A stretch of DNA of 52,325 nt from a virus (taxonomy: Duplodnaviria > Caudoviricetes): IMG/VR virus record IMGVR_UViG_3300048597_000307, positions 1-52,325 of that record; one strand, 5' to 3'. The notes beneath the pieces are model-generated. The model did not search any database, was not told the DNA's origin, and saw nothing but the letters and a program-made list of their open reading frames with translations. This document shows, piece after piece, positions 1 through 8,581 of this stretch. Position 1 is the first letter of the stretch. Each line of letters begins with the position of its first letter. Position numbers and translations under genes: made by a program.

Positions 1-127
1 GCCGGCAACGCCACCAACCCGCTCCAATACCTGATGTTCTTCTCGGAGTTCGGCGTCGGCGTCGGTGCAGACCGCACCAACGGCACGCCCCGCTACGTGA
101 ACAACGCAGCTTGGTCAGACGGCGTGG
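1..127 (+). repeat. Terminal direct overlap (copy 1), circular-assembly junction
   Basis: 1-127 identical to 52199-52325; lies inside the capsid ORF. Confidence 0.97.
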
Positions 128-134
128 TGAGCTA

Positions 135-590
135 GTGTACGGCAGTCTGGATGGGGTGACGGCGCTGCTGCCCGCCTTGGGCGTGCTGACTCCTAACTCG
201 ACACCAACGGATGGCCAGGTTACGACCTGGCTGTCCGAGGCGTCGGCGATTATCGACCGCACGCTGTCGAGCGCCGGTTGGGTGGTGCCTGCGCCGGTCG
301 GCGCAGCCGTCATCCCCGAACTGAACGGGCTCGCCAACCTGTACGCGGCGGCGCAGGGCGTCATGGCCCGGGGGCTGGACGGGGCGTCCGGCGACAACGA
401 GAGCCGGTCCGGCGACTGGCTGGAACGCTTCGACAAGCAGCTCGAAAAGCTGGCGGCGTCCAACCTGACCCTGTTCGGCATTTCGCTGGCCCCGTCCCCG
501 ACGGAGCCGACCCCGACCTATCGCCGCCCGCTGCGCACGACACAGCTGCGGCGCATCGACGGCTACGCACGCAACGGGTGGGTAGAGTAA
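135..590 (+). CDS. Head-tail adaptor/connector-like protein
   Basis: GTG overlaps the capsid stop (TAGTG); MYGSLDGV...ASAIIDRTL pattern; position after capsid. Confidence 0.65.
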   Translation: MYGSLDGVTALLPALGVLTPNSTPTDGQVTTWLSEASAIIDRTLSSAGWVVPAPVGAAVIPELNGLANLYAAAQGVMARGLDGASGDNESRSGDWLERFDKQLEKLAASNLTLFGISLAPSPTEPTPTYRRPLRTTQLRRIDGYARNGWVE

Positions 591-1027
591 TGAGCGACAT
601 GGCCGAAATTGCGGCGGCGCTGGCAGAGGCGCTGCTGACCATCGAAAGCGTAGACCAGGCTTCGGCGACTGAGTTTCTGCCGGCGCTGGAATCCATGAGC
701 GTCATGGCGCTGGTGGTGCCCTTCGAGCAGGAGAGCAGCTACGAGCAGATGGACCTCAGCGGCGAGAGCATCTATGCCAAGCATATGCAGAAGGTGGAAT
801 TCTGGTGCAAGCATGACCAGAGCAACCCGGCCGACACGCTGGAAAGGGCACGCACCATCGGCCACAAAGCAGTGCAGGCGCTGATGCAGCATGACGGCGA
901 TGGCTACACGGTGGACCGCAACCTGGAATTCCGGGAGCGCATCGACAGCGGTTTCGTCGTCGTCGCCAACGTGCCCTGGCTGGTAGCGCACCTGTACGTA
1001 CCGTTGGAGCACGAAGTGACACTATGA
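590..1027 (+). CDS. Putative tail terminator/completion protein
   Basis: ATG coupled to previous stop (TAATG); size and position before tail tube genes. Confidence 0.5.
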   Translation: MSDMAEIAAALAEALLTIESVDQASATEFLPALESMSVMALVVPFEQESSYEQMDLSGESIYAKHMQKVEFWCKHDQSNPADTLERARTIGHKAVQALMQHDGDGYTVDRNLEFRERIDSGFVVVANVPWLVAHLYVPLEHEVTL

Positions 1028-1209
1028 CACGCTTCATTGTGGTTTTGACCATCGACCGGCACGCACCCGGCACGGACGTAACCGACCTCTACGACGCCGC
1101 CACGCTCGATGACCTGGTGCGCTTCGGCTATGTGGAGGCAGCGCCCGTCGGGGAGCAGCCGCAGGCGCAAAGCAAGCCGCCGCGGTCCCGGCGCAAGGAC
1201 GGTGAGTAA
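1024..1209 (+). CDS. Small hypothetical virion-module protein
   Basis: Overlaps both neighbours (ATGA, TAATG); basic C-terminus. Confidence 0.55.
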   Translation: MTRFIVVLTIDRHAPGTDVTDLYDAATLDDLVRFGYVEAAPVGEQPQAQSKPPRSRRKDGE

Positions 1210-1937
1210 TGCCCAGCCCGGGACACAAGACACGTTTCCTTCTGGACGAATTCGACTTCTCGACCGACACCTTCACGCTCGGGATGTCCATCGATATCCC
1301 GCAGGAGGATGCGACCACCTTTCAGGCGACGGCGGCGGCGTCGGTTGCCATGACGCCGGCGGGCAGTCTCGACATGAGCGGCTACTACTCCGGCGGGCAG
1401 GCGGGCAAGCTGGAAGCGGAAATCAAGGCCCGGCTCGGCGTAGGCGCAGTCGTGGCCGGGCTGTTTGGAACCGACATCGTCGCCTGTCCTTGCTACATCC
1501 TGCCCGGCACCCAGGGCGAGATGATGAAAATCTCAGCCGGGACCAAGCTCCTGCAGATGAGCGGCAAGTGGTCTTCCGGCGTCGGCGGCATCTTGCGGGG
1601 GCTGCGCGCCTACCAAGGCACGCTGGCCGCCACGGGCGCACAGGCGGGCATTGACTTCGGCAGCGCCGGGAGCGCCGGCGGCACGGCCTACCTGTTTGTG
1701 CAAGCTATCGGCGGCGCGGCTACGAATGCCCAAATCAAGGTGCAGTCGGATTCTGTGGCCGGGTTCACCGGCGCAGCGGACGAGGGCACATGGACCATCT
1801 CAGCCAAGGGCGCCTATGTGCTGGCGCTCACCGGGATTATCGGGCGGTATGTGCGCGTAAACGTCGTCAGCATGGGCGGCGCCACCAGCCTCACTGTGGC
1901 GGTCGTCGTGTGCGTCAACGGCGTCACCATGAACTAA
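1209..1937 (+). CDS. Tail tube-like structural protein 1
   Basis: Gly/Ala and beta-rich; position in tail operon. Confidence 0.55.
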   Translation: MPSPGHKTRFLLDEFDFSTDTFTLGMSIDIPQEDATTFQATAAASVAMTPAGSLDMSGYYSGGQAGKLEAEIKARLGVGAVVAGLFGTDIVACPCYILPGTQGEMMKISAGTKLLQMSGKWSSGVGGILRGLRAYQGTLAATGAQAGIDFGSAGSAGGTAYLFVQAIGGAATNAQIKVQSDSVAGFTGAADEGTWTISAKGAYVLALTGIIGRYVRVNVVSMGGATSLTVAVVVCVNGVTMN

Positions 1938-1947
1938 GGAGACCAGT

Positions 1948-2349
1948 ATGGCAGTCAAGGGACCGGGCAATGTCACGGTCATGTACAACTCGGTGAACAT
2001 CACCGCCTATTGCGACCAGGCGGACCTCGACAACACGCTAGAGCAGCTCGAAGCCTCCAACCTGGCGTCCACCGCCAACGAGTCGGTAGCGGGCTTCCCG
2101 ACGTGGAGCATCTCGGTCGGTGGGCCATGGGCGCCGGCGCTCGACAACGCGCTGGGGCCGGATGCGGTGACGCCCGGCAACAAGCGCAACGCGTCTATCG
2201 CCTTCGTGCATGGGGCGAACACCGTCACCTACTCCTGGACGGCGAACGCCGAGATTGCCAACTACAAGGTTTCGGGGGCAGTCAAGGCGGTGCACAAGTG
2301 GAGCGGCAAGCTGCAACTGTCGAACGCCCCGACCCGGACGAGCGTGTAA
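1948..2349 (+). CDS. Major tail tube-like protein 2
   Basis: AAGGAG RBS; beta-rich 133 aa; upstream of tail assembly chaperone and tape measure. Confidence 0.6.
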   Translation: MAVKGPGNVTVMYNSVNITAYCDQADLDNTLEQLEASNLASTANESVAGFPTWSISVGGPWAPALDNALGPDAVTPGNKRNASIAFVHGANTVTYSWTANAEIANYKVSGAVKAVHKWSGKLQLSNAPTRTSV

Positions 2350-2351
2350 CC

Positions 2352-2621
2352 ATGGCCGAACGCGGGAACAAGTTCGCCATTGCCGTGTGCGAGGTGCTGG
2401 GTATCAAGCCCCACAACGTGAAGCGCATCGTCATTGAAGCCGACGCTCAAGATGTGCTGAATGTCCATGTGGACTTCATCCCCAGCCTGGAAGCGACGCA
2501 AGCGATGCCGGCCATCTGTGACGCGCTCAGCGCCGACCCCAAGGTAGTGGAGCTTCGCTGGGTCCGGGGCGTGCAAGACGCAACCAGCATCACCGACGAC
2601 CTCAAGAGGTGGACCGACTGA
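2352..2621 (+). CDS. Hypothetical protein
   Basis: MAERGNKF...; fills the gap between tail tube and chaperone genes. Confidence 0.55.
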   Translation: MAERGNKFAIAVCEVLGIKPHNVKRIVIEADAQDVLNVHVDFIPSLEATQAMPAICDALSADPKVVELRWVRGVQDATSITDDLKRWTD

Positions 2622-2962
2622 TGCTCTACACATGCGATGACCCGCAGTTCGCTGGGGCCTTTGTCGAGTTCTCGGAACAGTGGAGCGTGCGGCAGCGACG
2701 GGCGCTGATTACGGAGACCGGCGAGGAGTATGTGCAGCTCCTCGCCGCCAAGATTGAGGCGCTGCATCTGCCGGCCGTCGAAGGCGAGCCCATCACGGAA
2801 CCGGCGCAGTTCAACCAGGAGAACATCGACCGCATCGACATCCGGTTGTTTGAGTGGGTGCGGCGGCAGACAGTGCAGCTCCTGGTGGACCTTGCCGAAC
2901 TGGGGGAAGCGTACAGGCGGAGGCTATACGGTACATCCGAGGAGAAAGCCGAAGCCGAGTAG
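2621..2962 (+). CDS. Tail assembly chaperone (G-like)
   Basis: Contains ELGEA with slippery G GGG GAA at 2902-2908; precedes tape measure; alternative start GTG 2609. Confidence 0.7.
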   Translation: MLYTCDDPQFAGAFVEFSEQWSVRQRRALITETGEEYVQLLAAKIEALHLPAVEGEPITEPAQFNQENIDRIDIRLFEWVRRQTVQLLVDLAELGEAYRRRLYGTSEEKAEAE

Positions 2963-3225
2963 ACCCGCCTGCTCCTCTCTTTGACGCCTACCTGATGCAG
3001 CGTTTTCGCCATATGGCGCTGGAACAGATAGACGCCATGGACTACCGCAGGCTGATGCAGGCGCTGGCCGCCGAAGGCATCCTGGAAGTGGAAGCGAAGC
3101 GGCTGATGCTGATACAGGGCAGAATCGACAAGCTGAACGACATGGACGAAGAAGCCATTGCCCGCCACGATGAACTCGTCGGCACGGCGAGCGACGGCCC
3201 CATGTTGGATGAGGGCGACGCATGA
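2902..3225 (+). CDS. Tail assembly chaperone -1 frameshift extension (GT-like)
   Basis: -1 frame open from the slippery site to a stop overlapping the tape measure ATG. Confidence 0.65.
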   Translation, partial: GGSVQAEAIRYIRGESRSRVDPPAPLFDAYLMQRFRHMALEQIDAMDYRRLMQALAAEGILEVEAKRLMLIQGRIDKLNDMDEEAIARHDELVGTASDGPMLDEGDA

Positions 3226-5948
3226 CGACCACACGCATGGAAATGCTCGTCCAGGCGCGCAACCAGGCGAGCGGAGTCTTTCGCGAAGTCAGGGGCGACC
3301 TCGACCAGTTGAACACGGCTGCGGCCCTGGTGGGCGGCGGTCTTATCGGCATTGCCGCAGCCGGTGGCATTGATGCCATCGTCAACATGGGGCGGGCGGT
3401 GTTCGACCTCGGGCGAGAAGCGCAGGGGCTGGAGGCACTCAAGAGCGCCTTCGATGACTTGTCCGGTTCCATCGGCGCCAGCAGCGACGCGCTATTGAAC
3501 TCGCTTAAGGGTGTCTCGCAGGGCATGATTGCTGACCAGGACCTCATCCTGGCCGCCAACCGCGCCATCATCCTGGGCGTTACCGACAGCACGCAGGAGA
3601 TGGAGCAGCTGATGCAGGTCGCCATCACCCGCGGGCGGGCGATGGGCCTCTCGGCAACGCAAGCCTTTAACGACCTCGTCACCGGCCTAGGGCGCATGAG
3701 CCCGCTCATCCTGGACAACCTCGGTATCGTGACCGGCGGCGAGAAGGTCTTTGACGCATACGCCAAGTCGCTGGGCAAGACGACCGAGCAGCTCAGCGAC
3801 GCCGAGAAGAAGCAAGCCTTGTTCAACAAGGTGATGGCTGAATCTCGCGACATCATGGCGGGCGGGATTCAGGGCAACCCCTTTGCGCAGATGGATGCGC
3901 AGATGGCAAATCTGCGCGTCAACGCCGGTAAGATGATGGCCCCGCTGGCAGGCGATATTGCCGGGAGTCTCGCCGACGGGCTGCGCGGGCTGAACGGCGT
4001 CATTGAAGCCGCCTTCGCCAAAACCGAATACGATTTCGCGCAGAAGTTCGGCTACGGCGTGGGGCTGCTGCTTGCCGAGGGCATCAAGGCCGGGCTGGGC
4101 GCAGGCGGGCCGATTGAGTTCCGCACCCTCTTTGGCGAGGACTTTTACAAGAGTGCGCAGGAGGCGGGCGCGGCGACACGGCAGGCGATTCTCGACGAAA
4201 TGCCGGCCATCAAGAACGCCGTCGGCGATGCGCTGGGCAGCACGGACACGCTTACGGAACGGGCGGAGACGCTGCGGCGCATCGGGGAACTGCAAGCCGA
4301 AATCGCCGTCCAGTACAACGCCATCTTGGAAGACGCCAACCGCGCCATCCAGTTGCAGGCAGCCGGCAACGGCGACCTGACCCCTGCCATCCATAACGAC
4401 ATGCAGCAGCGCACCGGCGTGCTCCGGGAACTGCGCGCCGAATACGACCGGCTTGCCGCCACCTTGGGCAAGGTGCAAGGGCCGCTCAGCGAAACAGAGG
4501 CAAAGGCGCGTGCCGCTGGCACGGCCTGGCAGACCTTTGCCGGGGGCGCACGTGCGGCGGGTGGGGCGGCATCCGGCACGGTTGGCCCCATGCAGGCAGC
4601 GGCGTCGGCAGGCTTCTCGCTCGACGCTGCCCTGAAAGCCATCTCCGGTTCGGCTGGGGCGGTGCCGGGAGCGTTGGCGGCAGCGGGCGCAGCGGTAGAC
4701 AGCATCCGCGGCAAGATGGTACAGGCGGCGCTGGCAGGCATGGAGATGGCGCAGGCGCTGGCTATAGCGCAGCGATACCAGGGCTTAGAGAAGCAGGGAC
4801 AGCAGATTGCGCAAGGCCTGGGCAACCTCGGTTTCTACGAGCCGCAGGACATAGCTTTCTATGTGGACGTCAACACACAGAAGGCGCTCCAAGAGGTCGA
4901 TGCGCTCGCTGCCGAGGCGCTGCGGGTCAAGACGACGCTGACCGACATCAATGTCGGCGTGCCCCTAGGCGGCGATGAGGCGGCCAAGCGTGGAGCGCGC
5001 ACGCAAGGCGAGTACCTGGACGCGCTCAAAGATACGAACGAGGAAACACGCGCAGGCGAGCGCGCGGCGGTCAAGTTTGGCGACAGCGTGGCCGGGTCGT
5101 CGTCCTATGCCAAGAAGGCAACTGACGACCTGCGCGAAGGATTCGGGCAACTGGGCGCCGGCATCGAGGACGCCATCGGCGGGGGCGGCGGTGGTGGCGG
5201 CGGGGGCGCAACTGGCGCTATCGACGGGTTGGGCGTCTCTCTCGATAATCTCCGGGGCAAGGTGGAGGGCATCCTCGGCAATGCGTTGAGTGTCGATGTC
5301 GGGGTCAACCCGGCCGACTTTCTGCCCCGTGAAGACGCGGTCAACGAAGACGCTCGCCGCCTGGCCGACGTCATGGTCAAGGGTTTTGAGTCGCCCTGGT
5401 ATGAGTTCCTGTCTCAGAAGTTCCCGGGCATGTTCGACGGCGCCGGGGACATCAAGGAGAAGGCGGCGGCCATCATGCGCGACTTTCAAGCTGGCTTGCG
5501 CCCTGAGCTTATCGACAAAGATACGGTCAAGGAGCAGGTCAAGCGCATGCTCCTCGGCGACGCCAACATGGCAGCCCTGGCCGATGAGATTGCGCAGGAG
5601 CTGGCGGCAGAGATGGGGGTCAGCCTGGAACGGGCCAAGCAGAGCGTGGGCGCGGTCATGGGTCTGAGCGGCGGCGACGCGACCGGCGCCGGGACAGGGC
5701 TGGCCGAAGGGTTTGCCGACGCCACCAACGGCGAGAAGATGGTGGGCGACCTGGTCGTCCGCATGGAAGCCGCCTACGTCAAGCTGCAGACCTCGGGCGC
5801 AAAAGCGGGCGAGATGTGGGGCACGGGGTTTATGTCGGTGGTGGAGACGGGCGTATCCGTGCCGCTTATCCACCTGTTGGCCGTCCTGGTGACGCCGGCC
5901 GTGCTGGCCGAAATCCAGCGCCAGGCGTCGCAGACAACCCCTCCCTAG
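3222..5948 (+). CDS. Tape measure protein
   Basis: 908 aa, Ala/Gly-rich helical; GLGRMSPLILDNLGI motif typical of TMPs. Confidence 0.9.
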   Translation: MTTTRMEMLVQARNQASGVFREVRGDLDQLNTAAALVGGGLIGIAAAGGIDAIVNMGRAVFDLGREAQGLEALKSAFDDLSGSIGASSDALLNSLKGVSQGMIADQDLILAANRAIILGVTDSTQEMEQLMQVAITRGRAMGLSATQAFNDLVTGLGRMSPLILDNLGIVTGGEKVFDAYAKSLGKTTEQLSDAEKKQALFNKVMAESRDIMAGGIQGNPFAQMDAQMANLRVNAGKMMAPLAGDIAGSLADGLRGLNGVIEAAFAKTEYDFAQKFGYGVGLLLAEGIKAGLGAGGPIEFRTLFGEDFYKSAQEAGAATRQAILDEMPAIKNAVGDALGSTDTLTERAETLRRIGELQAEIAVQYNAILEDANRAIQLQAAGNGDLTPAIHNDMQQRTGVLRELRAEYDRLAATLGKVQGPLSETEAKARAAGTAWQTFAGGARAAGGAASGTVGPMQAAASAGFSLDAALKAISGSAGAVPGALAAAGAAVDSIRGKMVQAALAGMEMAQALAIAQRYQGLEKQGQQIAQGLGNLGFYEPQDIAFYVDVNTQKALQEVDALAAEALRVKTTLTDINVGVPLGGDEAAKRGARTQGEYLDALKDTNEETRAGERAAVKFGDSVAGSSSYAKKATDDLREGFGQLGAGIEDAIGGGGGGGGGGATGAIDGLGVSLDNLRGKVEGILGNALSVDVGVNPADFLPREDAVNEDARRLADVMVKGFESPWYEFLSQKFPGMFDGAGDIKEKAAAIMRDFQAGLRPELIDKDTVKEQVKRMLLGDANMAALADEIAQELAAEMGVSLERAKQSVGAVMGLSGGDATGAGTGLAEGFADATNGEKMVGDLVVRMEAAYVKLQTSGAKAGEMWGTGFMSVVETGVSVPLIHLLAVLVTPAVLAEIQRQASQTTPP

Positions 5949-5955
5949 GTGAACT

Positions 5956-6312
5956 ATGCCCGCTCCTGTACTAGCCGGCCAGACGCTGGCGCACCCAAAC
6001 GCATACCGTCGCCCACGTGGGTACCGCGGCGGCCACCAAATCATGGCAGATGGGTCGCTGCTCACGGATCTGGTCAGCACCTCGCCGAAGTGCCGCTTCG
6101 AGCTGTCGTGGAACGTGCTCACCGACGCCCAGCGCAGCACGCTGCAAACGGCCGTGGACGCCATCAAGGACACGACCGGCAGCTATACAGACATCGACGG
6201 CACGGTCTACAGCGTGACGCTGGATGAGAACTTCTTGGAGCTGGAATTTGAAGCCGTCAAGAAGCCCGGCGGGCCGCTGTGGCGGGCAACGCTGAAACTG
6301 AGGCAGGTATAG
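5956..6312 (+). CDS. Distal tail/minor tail protein
   Basis: Directly after TMP; FELSWNVL pattern. Confidence 0.6.
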   Translation: MPAPVLAGQTLAHPNAYRRPRGYRGGHQIMADGSLLTDLVSTSPKCRFELSWNVLTDAQRSTLQTAVDAIKDTTGSYTDIDGTVYSVTLDENFLELEFEAVKKPGGPLWRATLKLRQV

Positions 6313-7797
6313 ATGCCCCGCGCAATAGCCTTTCGCCTCTATGTTGCCTGGGACGGCAGCAACTATATCAACGAGTCGGCGCGGCTTGTGCAGGCGACCG
6401 GCGAGAACCGTCTCACCAGCCCTGACCAGGTGGGGAGCGGGCGCGGCATTGTGGACCGCTGCAACCTCGAACTCGCCAACCAGGACGGCCGTTTCAGTCC
6501 GCTCAACACGGGGAGCCCGCTCTACGGCAGCCTGCAAAACGGCGGCGCCTACCACCGGCCGATGTATTTGGAAGTGAGCATTGACGGCGGCGGCACGTAT
6601 GCCAGGGTCTTCTCCGGAGTGGTCAAGCTGCCCCAGGAGCGCACGGCCAACCAGAACGGCACCGCGGCGGTGCAAATTGAATGCCGCAGCCATGACGAGC
6701 TGCTGCTCGGGCGGCGCATGTCCACCACGTCGGCCAACCTGCGGGCCATCAATGCCGCCGGTTACACCGAGGCCGACATCATCGCCGACTGGCTGACGCA
6801 GGCGGGCAAGAGCGGCGTCATCGACGACGGCCTGTTTGTTATCCCCTGGGCCTGGATGGACGACGAATCCGTCTTGGAGGAGTTGTGGCAGCTCGCCTTT
6901 GCGTGCGGCGGGCGTTTTTACTGCGACCCCGACGGCGTCTTCCGCTACGAGGATGCTACCCACTGGCTGAAAGCGCCGCACACCACCAGCCAGGAGACGC
7001 TCTCCCGCAGCACCTTTTTCAGCTTGGAACCGGTGTATGCCGACAATGAGCTGTACAGCAACATCAGCGTCGAAGCCTCGGCGCGGCAGCGGGGAGCCAA
7101 TGCCCTGTTGTGGGAACCGGATGAGCCGGTAGTGGTGCCGCCCAACAGCAGCAAGAGCATCACCGCACGGCTGCGGCAGCCCGCCTACAGCATCGATGCG
7201 CCCAACTTTGCGGCAGCGACGGCCGGGGGCAACAGCATCACTGGCAACGTCTCCGTCGCCGTCGTGACGGCCAACGCCCAGCGCATCGAGCTGAACGTCA
7301 CCAACACGCACGCCACGGAAGCGGCCTACCTGCACCCATTCAGCATTACCGGCGTCAACCTCCTGGGTGGGCCGACGTTGGAGGAGACACGCGACAGCGC
7401 AACGCACGGCAGCAACGGCGCCTGGTGGGCGGCACGCGGCACGCGCTCGAAGACGGTGCGCGGCAACCCCTACATCCAGACCGGCGCGCACGCCGCCACG
7501 TTGGCGACGTTCCTCTTGCAGCGCAGCGAGCGGCCCCGGCTGACCTACAAGCTCGGCCGGTGCGCAGGCAAGCCCAGCCGCCGCTGCGGCGACCGTGTGA
7601 CCCTCAGCGACCCTACTATCATGAGCAGCGACCGGGCAGCCTTCATCACCGGTATTTCATGGCGCCTGACGTCGAACGGCTTCTCGCAGGACATCGAAGC
7701 CATTGACGCCGCCGGGCTCTACCCGTATGAGACGGAGGGATACTTCGTCCTCGGCACGCACACCCTGGGGGCGGCAACCAAGCCGATATTCTACTAA
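6313..7797 (+). CDS. Tail tip/baseplate hub protein
   Basis: LANQDGRFSP, GGRFYCDPDG and RCGDRV motifs typical of hub proteins. Confidence 0.7.
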   Translation: MPRAIAFRLYVAWDGSNYINESARLVQATGENRLTSPDQVGSGRGIVDRCNLELANQDGRFSPLNTGSPLYGSLQNGGAYHRPMYLEVSIDGGGTYARVFSGVVKLPQERTANQNGTAAVQIECRSHDELLLGRRMSTTSANLRAINAAGYTEADIIADWLTQAGKSGVIDDGLFVIPWAWMDDESVLEELWQLAFACGGRFYCDPDGVFRYEDATHWLKAPHTTSQETLSRSTFFSLEPVYADNELYSNISVEASARQRGANALLWEPDEPVVVPPNSSKSITARLRQPAYSIDAPNFAAATAGGNSITGNVSVAVVTANAQRIELNVTNTHATEAAYLHPFSITGVNLLGGPTLEETRDSATHGSNGAWWAARGTRSKTVRGNPYIQTGAHAATLATFLLQRSERPRLTYKLGRCAGKPSRRCGDRVTLSDPTIMSSDRAAFITGISWRLTSNGFSQDIEAIDAAGLYPYETEGYFVLGTHTLGAATKPIFY

Positions 7798-8207
7798 TGC
7801 CCTACACCAACATTCCGACCCTCGCCGATGGTCAGATTCTGACGGCGGCGCACCTGAACCTGCTGGCAGGCAATGCCAACTTCCTCGGCGGCTTAGGTGG
7901 CGTACCGGCGGTTTCCTTCCCGCACTACACCACCTCCACCGGCGGCAGCAAGAGCTGGCACATCCGGCACCGGCACCGCTACCTGCACGTCTACGTGGAC
8001 TTCGTCGCCAATCCCGACTATTTCCAGGTCTATTACAACAATGTCCAGGTGTACAACAACGGCGACCCGAGCGGCACGCTCACGCTGAACCTGGACCTCA
8101 ACGGTCTGACCCTGGCTGTCGGCGGCTGGTATGAAGTGCGGGTTAACGCCGGGTTTGTTGGCGGGTCGAGCATGTCGGTCAAGCTCATCTGGGAATCGCC
8201 CACGTAG
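7797..8207 (+). CDS. Minor tail protein
   Basis: GQILTAAHLN N-terminal fibre-type motif; TAATG coupling. Confidence 0.65.
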   Translation: MPYTNIPTLADGQILTAAHLNLLAGNANFLGGLGGVPAVSFPHYTTSTGGSKSWHIRHRHRYLHVYVDFVANPDYFQVYYNNVQVYNNGDPSGTLTLNLDLNGLTLAVGGWYEVRVNAGFVGGSSMSVKLIWESPT

Positions 8208-8215
8208 GAGGCGCT

Positions 8216-8581
8216 GTGGCCATCAAAGTCTGGCAGCATGGCGACCGGCCCACGGCGGCGCAAATCAACGAATACAAAACGGTGCTCGATGCCGCCAATG
8301 CGGCAATGTCCCCGCGCGACGCCTACAGCCCCGGTGCACCCATGCAGTTGGCGGCGGAGCACATGACGGAGGGCAGTTTCACCGTGTTTCATGCCTATCG
8401 CTACCTGCACTTCGGCAGCACCGGCAAGCTGGTCAGCGCCGACGGGACGCAGGAGGTCAGTCTCAGCGAAGGCGATAACGAAGTCGGCGTCGTTGACCTG
8501 GAACGGCTCGACTGGCTGGCCTATGGCGTCACCTATTTTGTCACCGGCGTCACCTGGTGCCAGGAGGATTGGGAGGGCTGA
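8216..8581 (+). CDS. Minor tail protein
   Basis: AGGAGG RBS; WQHGDRPTAAQIN motif related to the previous gene. Confidence 0.6.
   Translation: MAIKVWQHGDRPTAAQINEYKTVLDAANAAMSPRDAYSPGAPMQLAAEHMTEGSFTVFHAYRYLHFGSTGKLVSADGTQEVSLSEGDNEVGVVDLERLDWLAYGVTYFVTGVTWCQEDWEG

Noticed and set aside
1-127. Terminal repeat as a biological direct terminal repeat
   Set aside because: 127 bp matches a common assembler k-mer and falls mid-capsid gene; best read as a circularisation overlap.
5177-5210. GGC repeat in the tape measure gene
   Set aside because: In-frame poly-Gly linker, common in TMPs.
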